Source: Octopus vulgaris (Eukaryota). Taken from it: DNA of 64,000 bases. Positions 1 through 12,157 of the stretch are shown here, piece by piece. The notes under the pieces were generated by a model, which worked only from the letters and a program-made list of their open reading frames with translations, had not been told where the DNA came from and did no database searches. The stretch lies in assembly GCA_951406725.2 (NCBI GenBank), contig OX597825.1:44206001-44270000 (forward strand), written 5' to 3'. The translations under genes were made by a program, and so were the position numbers. Each line of letters opens with the position of its first letter. Within the stretch, counting starts at the first letter, position 1.

Positions 1-26
1 AGAAAGATTTATCATGATTATTATTA

Positions 27-245
27 AGGTGGTGAACTGGCAGAATTGTTTGGGCGCCGAATTAAATGCTGTGCAGTATTCCTTCCGGCTCTTTAGGTTC
101 TGAGTTCAGATGCCGCCTACCTCGACTTGCCTTTCATTTTTTCAGGTCGATATAATAAGTACCAGTCAAGTACTGGGGTCGATGTGATTGACTTGCACCA
201 TCCTCTCAAAATTGCGGGCCCTGTGCCAAAATTTGAAACAATTAT
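27..245 (+). mobile_element. tRNA-derived SINE, family A (MetaSINE-like central domain), diverged
   Basis: A-box-like tggcagaattgtt, B-box-like gagttcagatgcc, central gcctttcat...gtcgat..aataagtaccagt and tail gtgccaaaatttgaaacaattatt; homologous to copies at 1389-1965, 30584-31018 and 32684-32880. Confidence 0.8.
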
Positions 246-1388
246 TTTTATTTTATTGCTGTTGTTTTTATTGTACCACCGGAACAATGAGACCCGTAGG
301 ATTTGGATTTTGAGCGCAGAACGTTGACCGTGATTGTTATTTGGACTATGTTCCTATGCTTTGTACCGATTTGTCAACTTTCTTCTTAGCACTGTGGATA
401 AGCAGAACTACTAAATCATTAGTCAAAGTGTCTTATGACATTTAGTCTCCTCGCTTTACGTTATGCTTTCTAATCCATTTTCTTTCATTCAATTAAATAA
501 GTATCATTGAAGTTTCAAGTTCTAGGGTCGTTATAATAGACTGTACCCTCTCCTGAAATGCGTTATCTTCTGCTATATGTTAGAAATCTTGACATAATTC
601 GTAAACACCCTTTCCCACACAAAAATACTTAGAATTATTTTTTATTCTTAGATCAAATTCAACCAAGGCTAACGTTGGTTTTCATTCTGTAGTCAAGTAA
701 CGAGATTGAAGTAACCGACCATGCCCCTCCCACTACACACCATAAATCTATGGTTTTGTGCATATTTTAGAAATTAGAAATCACTATTAACTATTTCATT
801 GTATGCCACTGAGGCAAACAAAATTGAATTACGAATTCGTGTTATTCATTTACGGAAGCAAATTGTTTTATCTGCAGATGTTGATCTAATTAACGCAAAA
901 ATGGAATTTTCAGTTTTTAGCTTTTCTTAAAATGGCAAAGAAAATTCCGGAAATCCCAAAATAAATTTCTTTCCTTGATTTTACTCCGCTCAAACTTTTT
1001 AATTTGTATGTACATATCTCGAGGGAAATAGCAAAATGCAATTCATTATATGTAAGTTATTAAGAGAAGTTTGGAATTAGGATGTCTTTTTATAGTTAAC
1101 GCACAACTTTGCAAATATTTCGAAGGAGTTCCAGAATGGAATTTTGGTAATCCTGTTCGGAATTTCTAACATTTCGTGGTTTTTAGCTATTTTTATCCAA
1201 TAAACTATTAACTTGGGAGTATCTCAGAATTCACCTATTTTTCATACATTCTTGTTTTTTTCATTTGAACACACACTTTTAAAGTGATCCATCATAATTT
1301 ATATCAATACCTCCTGTCAGAATTACGTAATATCCATGTACTATACTTTTCTTATTAAAACTCACTCTCCATTTTAAAAAATATTTTT

Positions 1389-1965
1389 TTCTACTCTAGG
1401 CACAAGACCCGAAATTTTGGGGGAGAGGGTCAGTCGAATAGATCGACTCCAGTACGCAACTGGTACTTAATTTATCAACTCCGAAAGAATGAAAGGCAAA
1501 ATCGGCCTCGGTGGAATTTGGACTCAGAACGTAAAGACTGACAAAATACCTATTTCTTTACTACCCACAAGGGGCTAAACACAGTGAGGACAAACAAGGA
1601 GAGAGAAACGGATCAAGTCGATTTTATCGACCCCAGTGCGTAACTGGTACTTATTTAATCGACCCCGAAAAGATGAAAGGCAAAGTCGACCTCGGCGGAA
1701 TTTGAACTTAGAACGTAGCTGCAGACGAAATACCTATTTCTTTACTATCCACAAAGGGCTAAACACAGAGGGGACAAACAAGGACAGACAAACGGATTAA
1801 GCCGATTACATCGACTCCAGTGCGTAACTGGTACTTATTTAATCGACCCCGAAAAGATGAAAGGTAAAGTCAACCTCGGCGGAATTTGAACTCAGAACGT
1901 AACGGCAGACGAAATACCGCCGAGCATTTCGCCCGGCGTGCTAACGTTTCTGCCAGCTCGCCGCT
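1389..1965 (-). mobile_element. SINE family A with internal 184-bp tandem triplication
   Basis: Reverse complement begins gcggcgagctggcagaaacgttagcacgccgggcgaaatgc. The motif aaatacc recurs at 1544, 1728 and 1912 (184-bp period), and each unit carries gagttcaaattccgccgaggtcgactttgcctttcatc or a close variant. Confidence 0.9.
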
Positions 1966-2356
1966 TTAAAAAATATATGGCACACGACTAAAACCTTTAT
2001 CACAAATTTTGATAGTAAAATCCGAATTGGGAGATTACTGTATCGGTAAAATGGTTACTCCAAGAGTATTAGTTGGGCGTCAGTAAGTTCAGCTGCGCAA
2101 TAATAGTTTGGTTGACAATATATGTTACAACACATTCCGTTGATGGATTATAACACCAGCTTTTTCGAAACCACACGTCAAAAATAGCAAATAAGCTCGC
2201 TTAGATTTCAGAAGTGTTCTTTTTTTACAACCTTACTCATTCTACTGTAGTTATATAATTTACTTAGTTAAAATTGATAAAGTTTTTTAAAGTAAGAAAA
2301 TACTTCAACTATGAAAAAAATATCAGGCAAAAATAACGCTTAATTTAATCATAAAC

Positions 2357-2535
2357 TTTAAGACAGCAACATGGCAGAATGGTTACTGCGCTGGGCAAAA
2401 TGCTTAGGAGCATTTATTCTGGGTTTAAGCTCTGGGTTCAAATGTAGCAGGGTCGTCTTTATCTTTCATCATTTCAGGGTCGATGAAATGAGAACTGTGG
2501 TCGAAATAATCGACAAGTGCCCCAACCAAAATTTG
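2357..2535 (+). mobile_element. Degenerate SINE family A
   Basis: atggcagaatggttactgcgctgggcaaaatgcttag...gggttcaaat...ctttcatcatttcagggtcgatgaaatgag. Confidence 0.65.
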
Positions 2536-3091
2536 ATTGATTTATTTTGTATTGCATCCGTATTTAGGCTAGCGCGTGCACATCTATAATGAATCAAACC
2601 ATTAAAATGCCAATGCTCAGCAAAATGTCATTATCACTTTTAGAATTTTTCATCTGTTTGCATATCACTGCAAATATCAGCATATTGACAAAGTGAACAT
2701 GAGTCATATTAACTACTATTCAACATTGCGTCTCTGCCTCAGTCTAAGCAATAAAGAATGGTATTATCGATGTTTCAAGAGAATATGTCTTTAAAAGGCG
2801 CAGGCATGGCCGAATGTTTAAGATACTAACTTCACAATTTTCAGTGTTTGCTTTCAATTACAGTAAGCGATACGTTGGTCTCTTCCAATAACTAACTAAC
2901 ATATTCGCTATTATCGACTGAAGTAGGGTATTCTCTATATTCTACTTTACATAGATACACTGTAGAAAGCTAAAAAAAAACAAAAAAACACGGTTATCGT
3001 CTCGAGGCATCATTTCCTATACATATATAGTGCTAAAAACACAGAAGCATATCAGTAGCAGACGAAAAAGTGTCCAGTATGGGCGACAGAA

Positions 3092-3136
3092 TTGTTAAAT
3101 ACATGTTTCCGCTTTCTTAAGGGTCATCAGTAGCAA
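3092..3136 (-). ncRNA. Type I hammerhead ribozyme motif (within a decayed cluster, 3000-3380)
   Basis: Minus strand: ttgcta-CTGATGA-ccctt aaga aagcg-GAA-ACATGT-A-tttaacaa. Palindromic stem III, GUA site. A related decayed core lies at ~3330-3366. Confidence 0.55.
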
Positions 3137-3687
3137 GTATCCACAGCATGATTAAATAAATTTAGCTTCTACTGATATAGAAAAAAAACAGTAAATAGCA
3201 AATCGTTGGTGTCGCAAATAGAGGGTCAAAATTCGTAATTAGCAACGGATGCAGTATTAGCTCAAAATAGCATTCCATATTTTGTACTCAACGTAGATAT
3301 ACTGCAGAAAGCCACAAACCGCAGTATTCGTATAGATTTCCGTTTCCCTGAGCATCATCAGTAGCAAATAGCCACTAGCAAAGCCCTCAGTTTTGTACTT
3401 TTTCTATAAACCTCTAATTTCAATCATAATATATCTGTCTATCTATCTATCTTCGGAGAAACTTACCAGATGCATCAACTAATGAAGAGACTCTTAACCA
3501 TGTTGCTGTATTTCATGACGAAGCTTTGAGTAGAAACGGAGTCATCAACAGGATCGAATATATACACCTCTTCAAATGTTCTCTAGAAATACCATAGAAA
3601 GTTAAGCTTCAATGGCTGATTTAAGATCCACAATAACTAATAAATATTTCTCCAGTAGGTTTTCCACAGAATTTTTAAGCGATATAT

Positions 3688-3751
3688 AAGGAATTATCCA
3701 TGCAGTTGCAACTTAACATTGGTTAAGTTGCAACTGCATGGATAATTCCTT
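3688..3751. repeat. Perfect 30-bp-arm hairpin (4-nt loop)
   Basis: aaggaattatccatgcagttgcaacttaac-attg-gttaagttgcaactgcatggataattcctt. Confidence 0.95.
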
Positions 3752-3835
3752 TAACAAGAATGAATTCTTTCTACTGCACTTGATTCCTCACCATCAATAC
3801 TCTTTTATAAACCTTGAGTCTCCCATCATATTTAT

Positions 3836-3884
<49 letters not shown>

Positions 3885-4052
3885 TGCTAATGTACACATA
3901 ATTCTCACATTTACTGGGCACATTCACTTCTGCAACAAGCAGTATCATGTACTTTATCGATCTGCTATTAATGTCCTATGGATGCAAAAGATTTTTTTAA
4001 ATTCTGTATTTTCTATTATTTCAGAATTTTTTTTTTATTTGATTCCACATAA

Positions 4053-4197
4053 GCGCAGGAGTGGCCGTGTGGTAAGTAGCTTGCTTACCAACCACATAGT
4101 TCTGGGTTCAGTTTCACTGCGTGGCACCTTGGGCAAGTGTCTTCTACTAAAGCCGTGTGAGTGGATTTGGTAGACGGAAATTGAAAGAAGTCAGTCG

Positions 4198-4264
<67 letters not shown>

Positions 4265-4545
4265 ATGTATGTATGTATGTATGTATGTATGTATGTATGT
4301 ATGTATGTATGTATGTATGTATGTATGTATGTATGTGTATGTTTGTGTGTCTGTGTTTGTCCCCTCAACATCGCTTAACAGCCGACGCTGGTGTGTTTGC
4401 GTTCCCGTAACTTAGCGGTTCGGCAAAAGAAACCGATGGAATAAGTACTAATCTTACAAAAAATAAGTCCTGGGGTCGATTTGCTCGACTAAAGGCGGTA
4501 CTCGAGCATGGCCACAGTAAAATAACTGAAACAAATAAAAGAATA
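4053..4545 (+). mobile_element. tRNA-derived SINE, family B (CORE-like domain, internal microsatellite, CR1-like tail)
   Basis: gcgcaggagtggccgtgtggtaag (A box), gggttcagtttc (B box), gcaccttgggcaagtg (CORE-like), internal (TA)n/(TATG)n, tail ggcggtactcgagcatggccacag...ctgaaac. Confidence 0.9.
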
Positions 4546-4628
4546 AAATAAAAATATAATATCAGCAACATCATAACGTTCATATTTATGCATACTTGAT
4601 TTTGCGTCGCATACGCATCTGCATATGT

Positions 4629-4679
<51 letters not shown>

Positions 4680-4681
4680 TT

Positions 4682-5427
4682 ATATTAATAGATCTCTCTA
4701 AAGGAGACTACAGCAGCAGTACTGAGTATTAATAGTTATGCTGCCGTTGATTAGCTCCAAGAAGCCATTGCCTCTAACTAGCTATGTAACACAAACCTGC
4801 GTCCATTACAACCTGCGACAGGGGAGGTCAGCATCTTCCCCGTGCTCGTTCAACATCCACAGATTAGTTTCTGGGTGACTGCCCCTTCTCAGTGTCGAGT
4901 AGTCGAACCCAGTAGGCGTCACTGCTGATTGTCTATTCGAAGGTTTATTAACCTGTATTCAGTGGAACACATCGCCTCATTCTCAAAAATAACAGCGATA
5001 CCTGCTGAGTTCGTCGTTCGTCTACACGACATTGCTAAGGGACAATCAACCCGAAACTAGTCTGTGACTGTTGAACCAGCAAGGGGCAGCTGTTGACTTC
5101 CCCTATTCGAAGGTTGTAATGGACACAGGTTTGTGTGACACATAGCTAGCTAAAGGCGATGGCTTCGTGGAGCTAATCAACGGCAGCATTCGTGCTTTAG
5201 CTAGCTATGTGTCACACAAACCTGTGTCCATTACAACCTTCGAATAGGGGAAGTCAACAGCTGCCCCTTGCTGGTTCAACAGTCACAGACTAGTTTCGGG
5301 TTGATTGCCCCTTAGCAATGTCGTGTAGACGAACGACGAACTCAGCAGGTATCGCTGTTATTTTTGAGAATGAGGCGATGTGTTCCACTGAATACAGGTT
5401 AATAAACCTTCGAACAGACAATCAGCA
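4682..5427. mobile_element. Fold-back HHR-bearing non-autonomous element (PLE pLTR/retrozyme-like), family 1
   Basis: Near-perfect 233-bp inverted arms 4923-5155/5195-5427 plus a third diverged copy at ~4739-4920; (TA)n on both flanks; HHR motifs at 4859-4895(-), 5029-5065(+) and 5285-5321(-); homologous to 49068-49375. Confidence 0.8.
5029..5065 (+). ncRNA. Hammerhead ribozyme motif, U3-A8 type with A6C substitution
   Basis: aca-TTGCTAA-ggg acaatcaa ccc-GAA-ACTAGT-C-tgt; mirror copy at 5285-5321(-). Confidence 0.65.
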
Positions 5428-5463
<36 letters not shown>

Positions 5464-5492
5464 CAATAATATGTTACATTACTCGGTAGTCA

Positions 5493-5555
5493 AGATAAAA
5501 CTCTGAGTTTCAGATGCCGAAGTGGAAATCCACAATACCATCTCTTCGGTTATCT
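5493..5555 (-). ncRNA. Type I hammerhead ribozyme motif
   Basis: Minus strand: agataa-CCGAAGA-gatg...catct-GAA-ACTCAGAGT-T-ttatct; 6-bp stem I, GUU site; lies in a (TA)n-flanked segment at 5460-5825. Confidence 0.65.
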
Positions 5556-5849
5556 GGCTATTTGAAAACGCTATGAAAAAATACCGTTAAATAAAGGGAA
5601 ATTACTCTGTTATAACTCTGCTTGCCTGCGTACTTATACATCACTCGCATTTTTCGTCATAAAAATTATATAAAAATACATAAAAAATATCTAAAAATAT
5701 CTAAAAATATATAAATTCTTCTTGGGACATAACATAGAAAGCATGTTCTATCTGTTTTCTTTAGGGGACCAAAAACGTAACAGAAATTTAGTCACATGTG
5801 GGCATGATCCGAAAAGCTCTGTCAATGTATATATATATATATATATATA

Positions 5850-5897
<48 letters not shown>

Positions 5898-7189
5898 AAC
5901 GTATATATATATACGTATATAAATGTGTATAAATATATAAATATATATATATGCATGCGTAATCGTTTATGTACATTTGTGTGAATTGCCTGAATATATT
6001 TTATCATATTCTTTTCTCTTTTATTCCTCTTTCATACAAGGATATACCTGTGTGTACGCATGTGTGTGTATGTGTGTTTGTGTGTGTGTCTGTGTGTGAG
6101 TGTGTGCGTGTGTTTCTCATCTGTGTGTGTGAGTGTGTGTGTAAGCTTGCTGCTTATACTTGTACGTATGATTCTAATATGTCAGCAATATTGAACTGTA
6201 GTAAATTGATATGTAATTATCTATACATATGTACACACGCGCGTGCGCGCACACACATATGTTGAATTAGAAATTATGTGTATAAGTAGATGCGTGACTG
6301 CTACTGTTATGTTTAGAGCTTCACGTAGATTTTCATTATCAAGTCTGCTTTCCGTATATTTGCTAATTAACCAGTATACCGAGTTGTATTACCAGTTACG
6401 CGTTACAGAGCAAATGTAAACATAAACACAAAAATAAGCATAAACACAAATCTATATTCAAGCTCTAATGCGTGTTTCACCATTATAGTGTTTAGGAACC
6501 CTACGATAGAAATTCTAAATGGGTATAAATGCTAAACCACAACAGATTCTCAGAGAACTCGTTATTGTATAAAATTACACCTATATAATGACATAGCCGT
6601 CTCTAACTTGATACAATAAAGCGTTTCCTGAGGAACATTTTATTGTACGATATGGAAGACATGTTGTTGCCATGCAGCGTGTTCTTGCTCTCCATATCAA
6701 TGATCGATCCAAAGAACAGCATGGTCGTTCCAATTTGGTGTCATCGTCGTCGCAGAAGATGCCAGAACGAGGTTGTAGACAATATTGAACTGCCTCAGGA
6801 GCCTCAATTTCCGATTTTTCCGCAATGTTTACTCCCGAAACAACCTTGAAAGCTGGGTGTGGCTGTAAGGCAGCAGAGTTTTGGAGTTAGCCTATTCCTT
6901 CTTGTTGGTGTGTTGTCTTCCTAGTTAACGAGCTCTATGTAACCGACTGATTTCCTAATTAACCCATATTTGTGACTCTAAAAGGTTCTGATACTCCGGC
7001 CCAAGTAGACCTGGAAACAATAGTGGCTAAGATGTGTTTCCACACTCTTCAAATCCCTGGAACTCCCGAACAAGAACCCCACTACTGGATGCAGTTTAAA
7101 GTCATAGCCAGGACATATACTTTCTGTCAGTCACTTTCTTTCTTTCAGCTGTAACAACACTTTGAACACACCCGCTGCTTGTCAAAACT

Positions 7190-7790
7190 GATTAGTGTGC
7201 AGAAAGCAGTGGGACGTTTGGAAGCTTGCTATGCAACACAGTTTTGTGATAAACTGAGTAAAACAGCCACAGAAACTTATGGAATATTCCAGAGTGCTTA
7301 TGGATTAACTTTTTTGCAGGCAAAAAAGGCTGGAGGACGGTAGAGATAAGGTAAAAGACGATGAAAGGTGTGGAAACCGGAGGGACATCAGAACGTCAGA
7401 GTTGGTTGAGAAAATTAGTAATTTTCTGGAAAAGAACCGTCGTTTGTCTAAAGAACGATGAGCATACAGTTTGGAGTTGGTGTGGTCTATAAGAACAATG
7501 GGCATATAGTCTGGGGTTGGTATGGCAATTGCTCACGGAATTATTCATGAAGATCCGAACATAAGCAAAACTTGCGCGAAGATTATTCCCAGGGCGCTCA
7601 GTGACAAGCATTGTGGTAGGCAACTACTTGACAAAGATGGGCAGTAAAACTGTCTTTCACCCTCTCTAGAGTCCAACTTTTATTCCCAGTGACATTTGAC
7701 TGTTCCCCCACGCTGAAGGGAAACCTCGAGCTAATCATTTTGAAGACGTTGAGAAGATGAAAGAGGCTGTGACAAGCAGTATTTAGTAGA
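7190..7790 (+). pseudogene. Decayed mariner transposase
   Basis: Translates to YATQFCDKLSKTATETYGIFQSAYG...DGRDKVKDDERCG and a degenerate HPPYSPDLAP.D..LFP.LK motif (caccctctctagagtccaact...ctgttccccc); stops and frameshifts present. Confidence 0.75.
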
Positions 7791-7799
7791 GTGTGTAAA

Positions 7800-8660
7800 A
7801 ATTTCTGTTACAGCCGCCTCCTTCAATCTGAAATAACAAAAGTTAGCTTATTAGATGTATAGTGATGATATACAAAATCTACAATAATCTATCCCAATAA
7901 TAACGGCCTCTCCTAAAATGTCCCCAAAAAGCCTGCAATGCACCTATAAAGTTACCTTTTTCTTGACCCCCTAATGTTAAATCATATATCAATAAGCAAT
8001 AAATTTGTCTCTAAATATGCCCAGAATGCACATATAGAGACAAATCTAAATGTCCTTTAGGATAGGAGTGTGATATATATTTCGTTGTTTATGAAGTACA
8101 TATTTCAGCGAACTACGTCAACAGTTGTACGTTATATCGGAGCCGTGGAAGCAAGATTTAAATCCAGATATAACAACTATATCTCGAATTTTAGGGTCCG
8201 TGATAACAGACATTCAACAACCGTTTCAGCTTTAATCTGGAAATTTAAAGACAAAGGGACCAGTTTCGACATGAAATACAAAATCTTCCTCCAAATCCAG
8301 CCCCTATATTAACGGGTCCAACTGTATCTCTTTAAAAACTTGAGAACCGCCAACGAACACGTAAATTCGAGGAACGTGATTTTTTCTGTGTCTGCGTTTC
8401 AAGAAATTCATCTTGTCAGAATTTAAAAATAGGCCACCGGACAATTAGTAAACCATTAAGTCAGCTTGACACCAAATTATTGTAATGTTGGTTATCTCCC
8501 TTGTGTTTTTCTTCTTGTCTTCTTCCTTACCAACGTCTCTTGTCTAAATGTTATCTGCTCAAAAGACAACTGACAAACGGTCTTGTTTTCAGCTTGATAA
8601 ATGGTGAAATAAATTATCATTTCGACCAGGAAGCCCTGGGTAGCTGTATTTACAAGATTC
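7800..8660 (+). mobile_element. Penelope-like element 3' remnant (Nematis-type GIY-YIG endonuclease plus HHR)
   Basis: CTYRDKSKCPLG*EC...VVYEV...RYIGAVEARFKSRYNNYISNFR...STTVSALIWKFKDK matches the PLE GIY-YIG pattern; followed by the HHR at 8590-8646. Confidence 0.75.
8590..8646 (+). ncRNA. Hammerhead ribozyme motif, U3-A8 core
   Basis: cagc-TTGATAA-atggt...accag-GAA-gccctgggt-A-gctg; 4-bp stem I, GUA site, A15.1G substitution. Confidence 0.7.
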
Positions 8661-9352
8661 TTGTTTTTCTTTTTATTGTAAGGTTACATACATAAATACA
8701 ATGTATGCACAAGGCAGGATAAAAATATGAAATTAAGTATAACACAAATGACAGTACTAGTATAATTACAAAAATAATAAAGTTAAAATTAGTGAAGCTA
8801 ATACATATAATAATGAAATAGTATATCCTAATAAGCAAATAACGAAAACTCCCAATAATAGTCATAAACATAACATCAACAATAAACACTACTATCATCA
8901 TTATAATAACAATGCAAAAATAAAAAAAAACTCAAGTATTATGAGCACCACAACAGAAATACAACTCAGAAAAAGAATATAAATCTTAATAATTACCACC
9001 TTCCTATAAATACTGGCAACTGTATAATAAAATATGAAGATAGGAACATTAAGGCAGCAAACAGAAAAAACAGGAATAATCAAAATAAGACAATTTACTA
9101 TAATGATATGAATATCCATAATACTCTAATTGATAAGAATAAAAACAACATAGTGAAAAAGAAATCTATACCATGTATGAAAAGATTTGACTCTCTGAAT
9201 ATAACCTAATTCTTTACCAAAGCAGACAACGAGAAAATCATTCGGATAATAATTCCCGTTGCAAAATACTTAAAATCGAACTTTATTAGATCCACCAGAA
9301 TGATTATTAATAAAAACTTTAAAAACCCTACATATGCAAAAATATTTAATAA
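8660..9352 (+). pseudogene. Further decayed PLE ORF fragment (Asn-rich region and linker)
   Basis: A/N-rich strand-biased sequence ending FIRSTRMIINKNFKNPTYAKIFNN, similar to the PLE linker motif KHF...KIFN; truncated by the Helitron. Confidence 0.45.
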
Positions 9353-10435
9353 CTAGCTTAAGGTGACCTGCTCTATGCGGGTGTGAGGGTGTGGTTGTTA
9401 CTTTCTGTTTCTTATCGCCACATTCTCCCTCTTAGTTTCTCTCTCACTTTCCCACTCTCTTACTCTTCCTTTCTCTCGGACTCTCCCTCGCTTTCTCTTA
9501 CTCTCTATCTTTCTCTATCTCTCTCTCTCCCATTTATAAAAAACAAAAGATAAGTTGAGAAAGAAAATATTTTGAAAGATCAATCATAAATATCAGGCAG
9601 TGACAACGGAAAGCACACTTGCCTTTTGTACGTGCCACTATTTGAGAGATTAAAAATAAGGAAAAAAAGGATTTCTTTGTTAAATTTAGTACTTATTTTG
9701 GGAATTTTTCGACGATTGACCATGCTCTAAACACGTAAACAATAAAAAATAAAAGGCAAAAATACGTAAAAATGAGAAATTTCTTTCAACTTCAAAGATC
9801 TTGCCTTAATTTTCAAGATTTCGAACCTATTTTCCGCGCTTAAATTACAAATCCGCTTCCACTTTACCATGTTGAAAATTTGATTGAAATCGGTTAAAAG
9901 GTGTCAAATCTAGACCCCCAAGTGTCCCCCAAAATCAATAAAATCTCCGTTTTCACTGCAAAGTAACCACTGTAGCGCCCCAAAACCTCACCCAATCAAT
10001 TTCTCACATAAAGTTACCCCCTCCTGTAAATTTTAATCCCCTCCCAGCCCCATTTAGACCCCTTTTTACATAAAAATCCAATTTGTATCAACGTTCGCTT
10101 TCTTCATTTTATAGATTAGATTAAAGATAACCGCCTCTAGCCCCTGCAGCAATACGAAAAGCTACCATTATTCAAACAGCGCAACCTGTCTATCCTATAA
10201 AACACAAATTTTCCCATATTCCTCACCATGGCAACCAAGCAACTTGCCCATGGCAACCAAGCCCCGAGCAACTTGCAACCCTCCTCACACCATTGCCCAC
10301 ACCACTTTACCCCCAGTGTAAATTGTGGGGCAAATCCGACTCCATCTACCGCCCCTTGAACCATTCCCATCCCAAAAGGAGACAAATAACCAAGAAATCA
10401 AACAACTTTTTCACATTTCAGTTTTATAGATATTG
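9353..10435 (-). mobile_element. Non-autonomous Helitron, copy 1
   Basis: On the minus strand ends in the hairpin acccgcatagagcaggt then CTAG|T; the first ~270 bp are homologous to 10437-10727; T(C/A)TATAAAA-type 5' ends near 10120 and 10430. Confidence 0.7.
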
Positions 10436-10436
10436 A

Positions 10437-11647
10437 CTAGCATAAGGTGACCCGCTCTACGCGCGGGTAAGAGTGTGGTTGTTACTTTCTATTGCTTCCT
10501 TTCTGTTTTTTATCACCACGTTCTCCCTCTTTGTTTCTCTCTCCTTCCTCTCTCACTTTCCCACTCTCTTACTCTTCCTTTCTCTCGGACTCTCCCTCAC
10601 TTTCTCTTACTCTCTATCTTTCTCTATCTATCACTCTCCCATTTATAAACAAAAAACGATCTTGAGTAAGTTGAGAAAGAAAATATTTTGAAAGATCAAT
10701 CATAGATATCAGGCAGTGACAACGGAAAGGTCTGCTTCAAGGCAGACAGCAAAATACTAACATTTAAAAGGGATAGACGAACTTGCGAGCTGAATAAAAA
10801 ATTAAAAAAATATTGGAAACCATAGTTTGAAGGGATAGAATCTGAGGATAGTAGAGTCACCATGGCTGGCATTTCTTAACGACGGACAGCAACGTAGTGG
10901 CAATTTAACGGCTGGCGTAAGATTTTGAACTTGATGTAAACACCAAGCTTTGAAGTGATTCTTTCTCACGACAGTAGACTCACCATGGCAAGCATTCAAA
11001 ATTTCTTTATCATGGACGGCAACAAATTGATGTGTGTGTGTGTGTGTGTGTGTACGCATTATATATACAAATGTATACAAATTATATATATATATATATA
11101 AATTAAATTAGAGATAAAACCACTATTAGGCAAATAAAACAGTGAAAAACAAACCAAAGCATAAAAATAAAAATATAATATACAAAATATATAAAATATA
11201 AAATTTAAAAATTTAAATTATTTGAATTTAAAATTAAAATTATTAATTTATATTTATAATTTTTTAAAAAATATGTAACTGTCAAAAAGTATTAAAAAGT
11301 TTGATATACATAAATACAGATATATACATTTTTGTATATATACATTATATATACATATTTATATATAGAACACACACACACACACACATATATATAAATT
11401 AACCCAATAAATAGCTGATTCATAATACTTGTTGAGATGATTGTGTGGTGGTGGGGGTGGTGAAATAAGATGGGGATTTCTAACAGAGCCCAATCGCATC
11501 CTCACCTCATTTTACATGTCCCTGTAAATTTTGGAGTCAATCCGACGGGGTCTAGTGGCCTTTAACCCGTTCTCAATGCAAGCAAACTTAACCCGTTCTC
11601 AATGCAAGACAAACAAGCAAACTTTTCGCATTTCACAGTTATAATAT
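10437..11647 (-). mobile_element. Non-autonomous Helitron, copy 2 (with nested PLE-type fragment at ~11098-11310)
   Basis: actagcataaggtgacccgctctacgcgcgggt is the reverse complement of hairpin + CTAGT; segment 11490-11645 resembles 10270-10430. Confidence 0.7.
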
Positions 11648-11648
11648 A

Positions 11649-12045
11649 CTAGCAGTATCGCCCTGCGTTGCTCGGGTTTGTAAGGGAAATAATTATATAA
11701 GCATTTTTAGAGATGTAAAGTATAATAGCCATCTCAATATGGCTAACCACAAAGGGGGAGGGGTGTTACTGTAGCTTTTTACGTTCTGAGATTTAATAAT
11801 AAATTTTAGAGAGTTACTTCCCTTATATATGTCAAAAATGGATTAAAAATGGGAAAAATTGATGGTTTTTTTTTTTTTTTAAATCGTAGACCCATCGTAG
11901 ACGCGCGCTAATACCCAGACGGTCTCGATATGAATCACGACTATAAGATACCCGGTTTTGGTTAAACTGCACCGCAAAATGTGGGAGTAGTTAGGAATCT
12001 AAATCGTAGGAGACAGACACACAACCTCACTTTTATATATAAAGA
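11649..12045 (-). mobile_element. Non-autonomous Helitron, second family, both termini present
   Basis: Minus strand starts A|TCtttatatataaaagtgagg and ends cccgagcaacgcagggcgatactg-CTAG|T (5' TC, 3' hairpin + CTAG, A|T target, no TSD). Confidence 0.85.
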
Positions 12046-12108
12046 TTTCCTCTATTTACATAATATTGAGGTCTCTTTCTTTCTTTTGTTATCTTACTGT
12101 TTTTACCA

Positions 12109-12152
<44 letters not shown>

Positions 12153-12157
<5 letters not shown>

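Noticed and set aside
6600-7120. Probable old repeat fragments/short ORFs
   Set aside because: Could not be assigned to a family from sequence alone.
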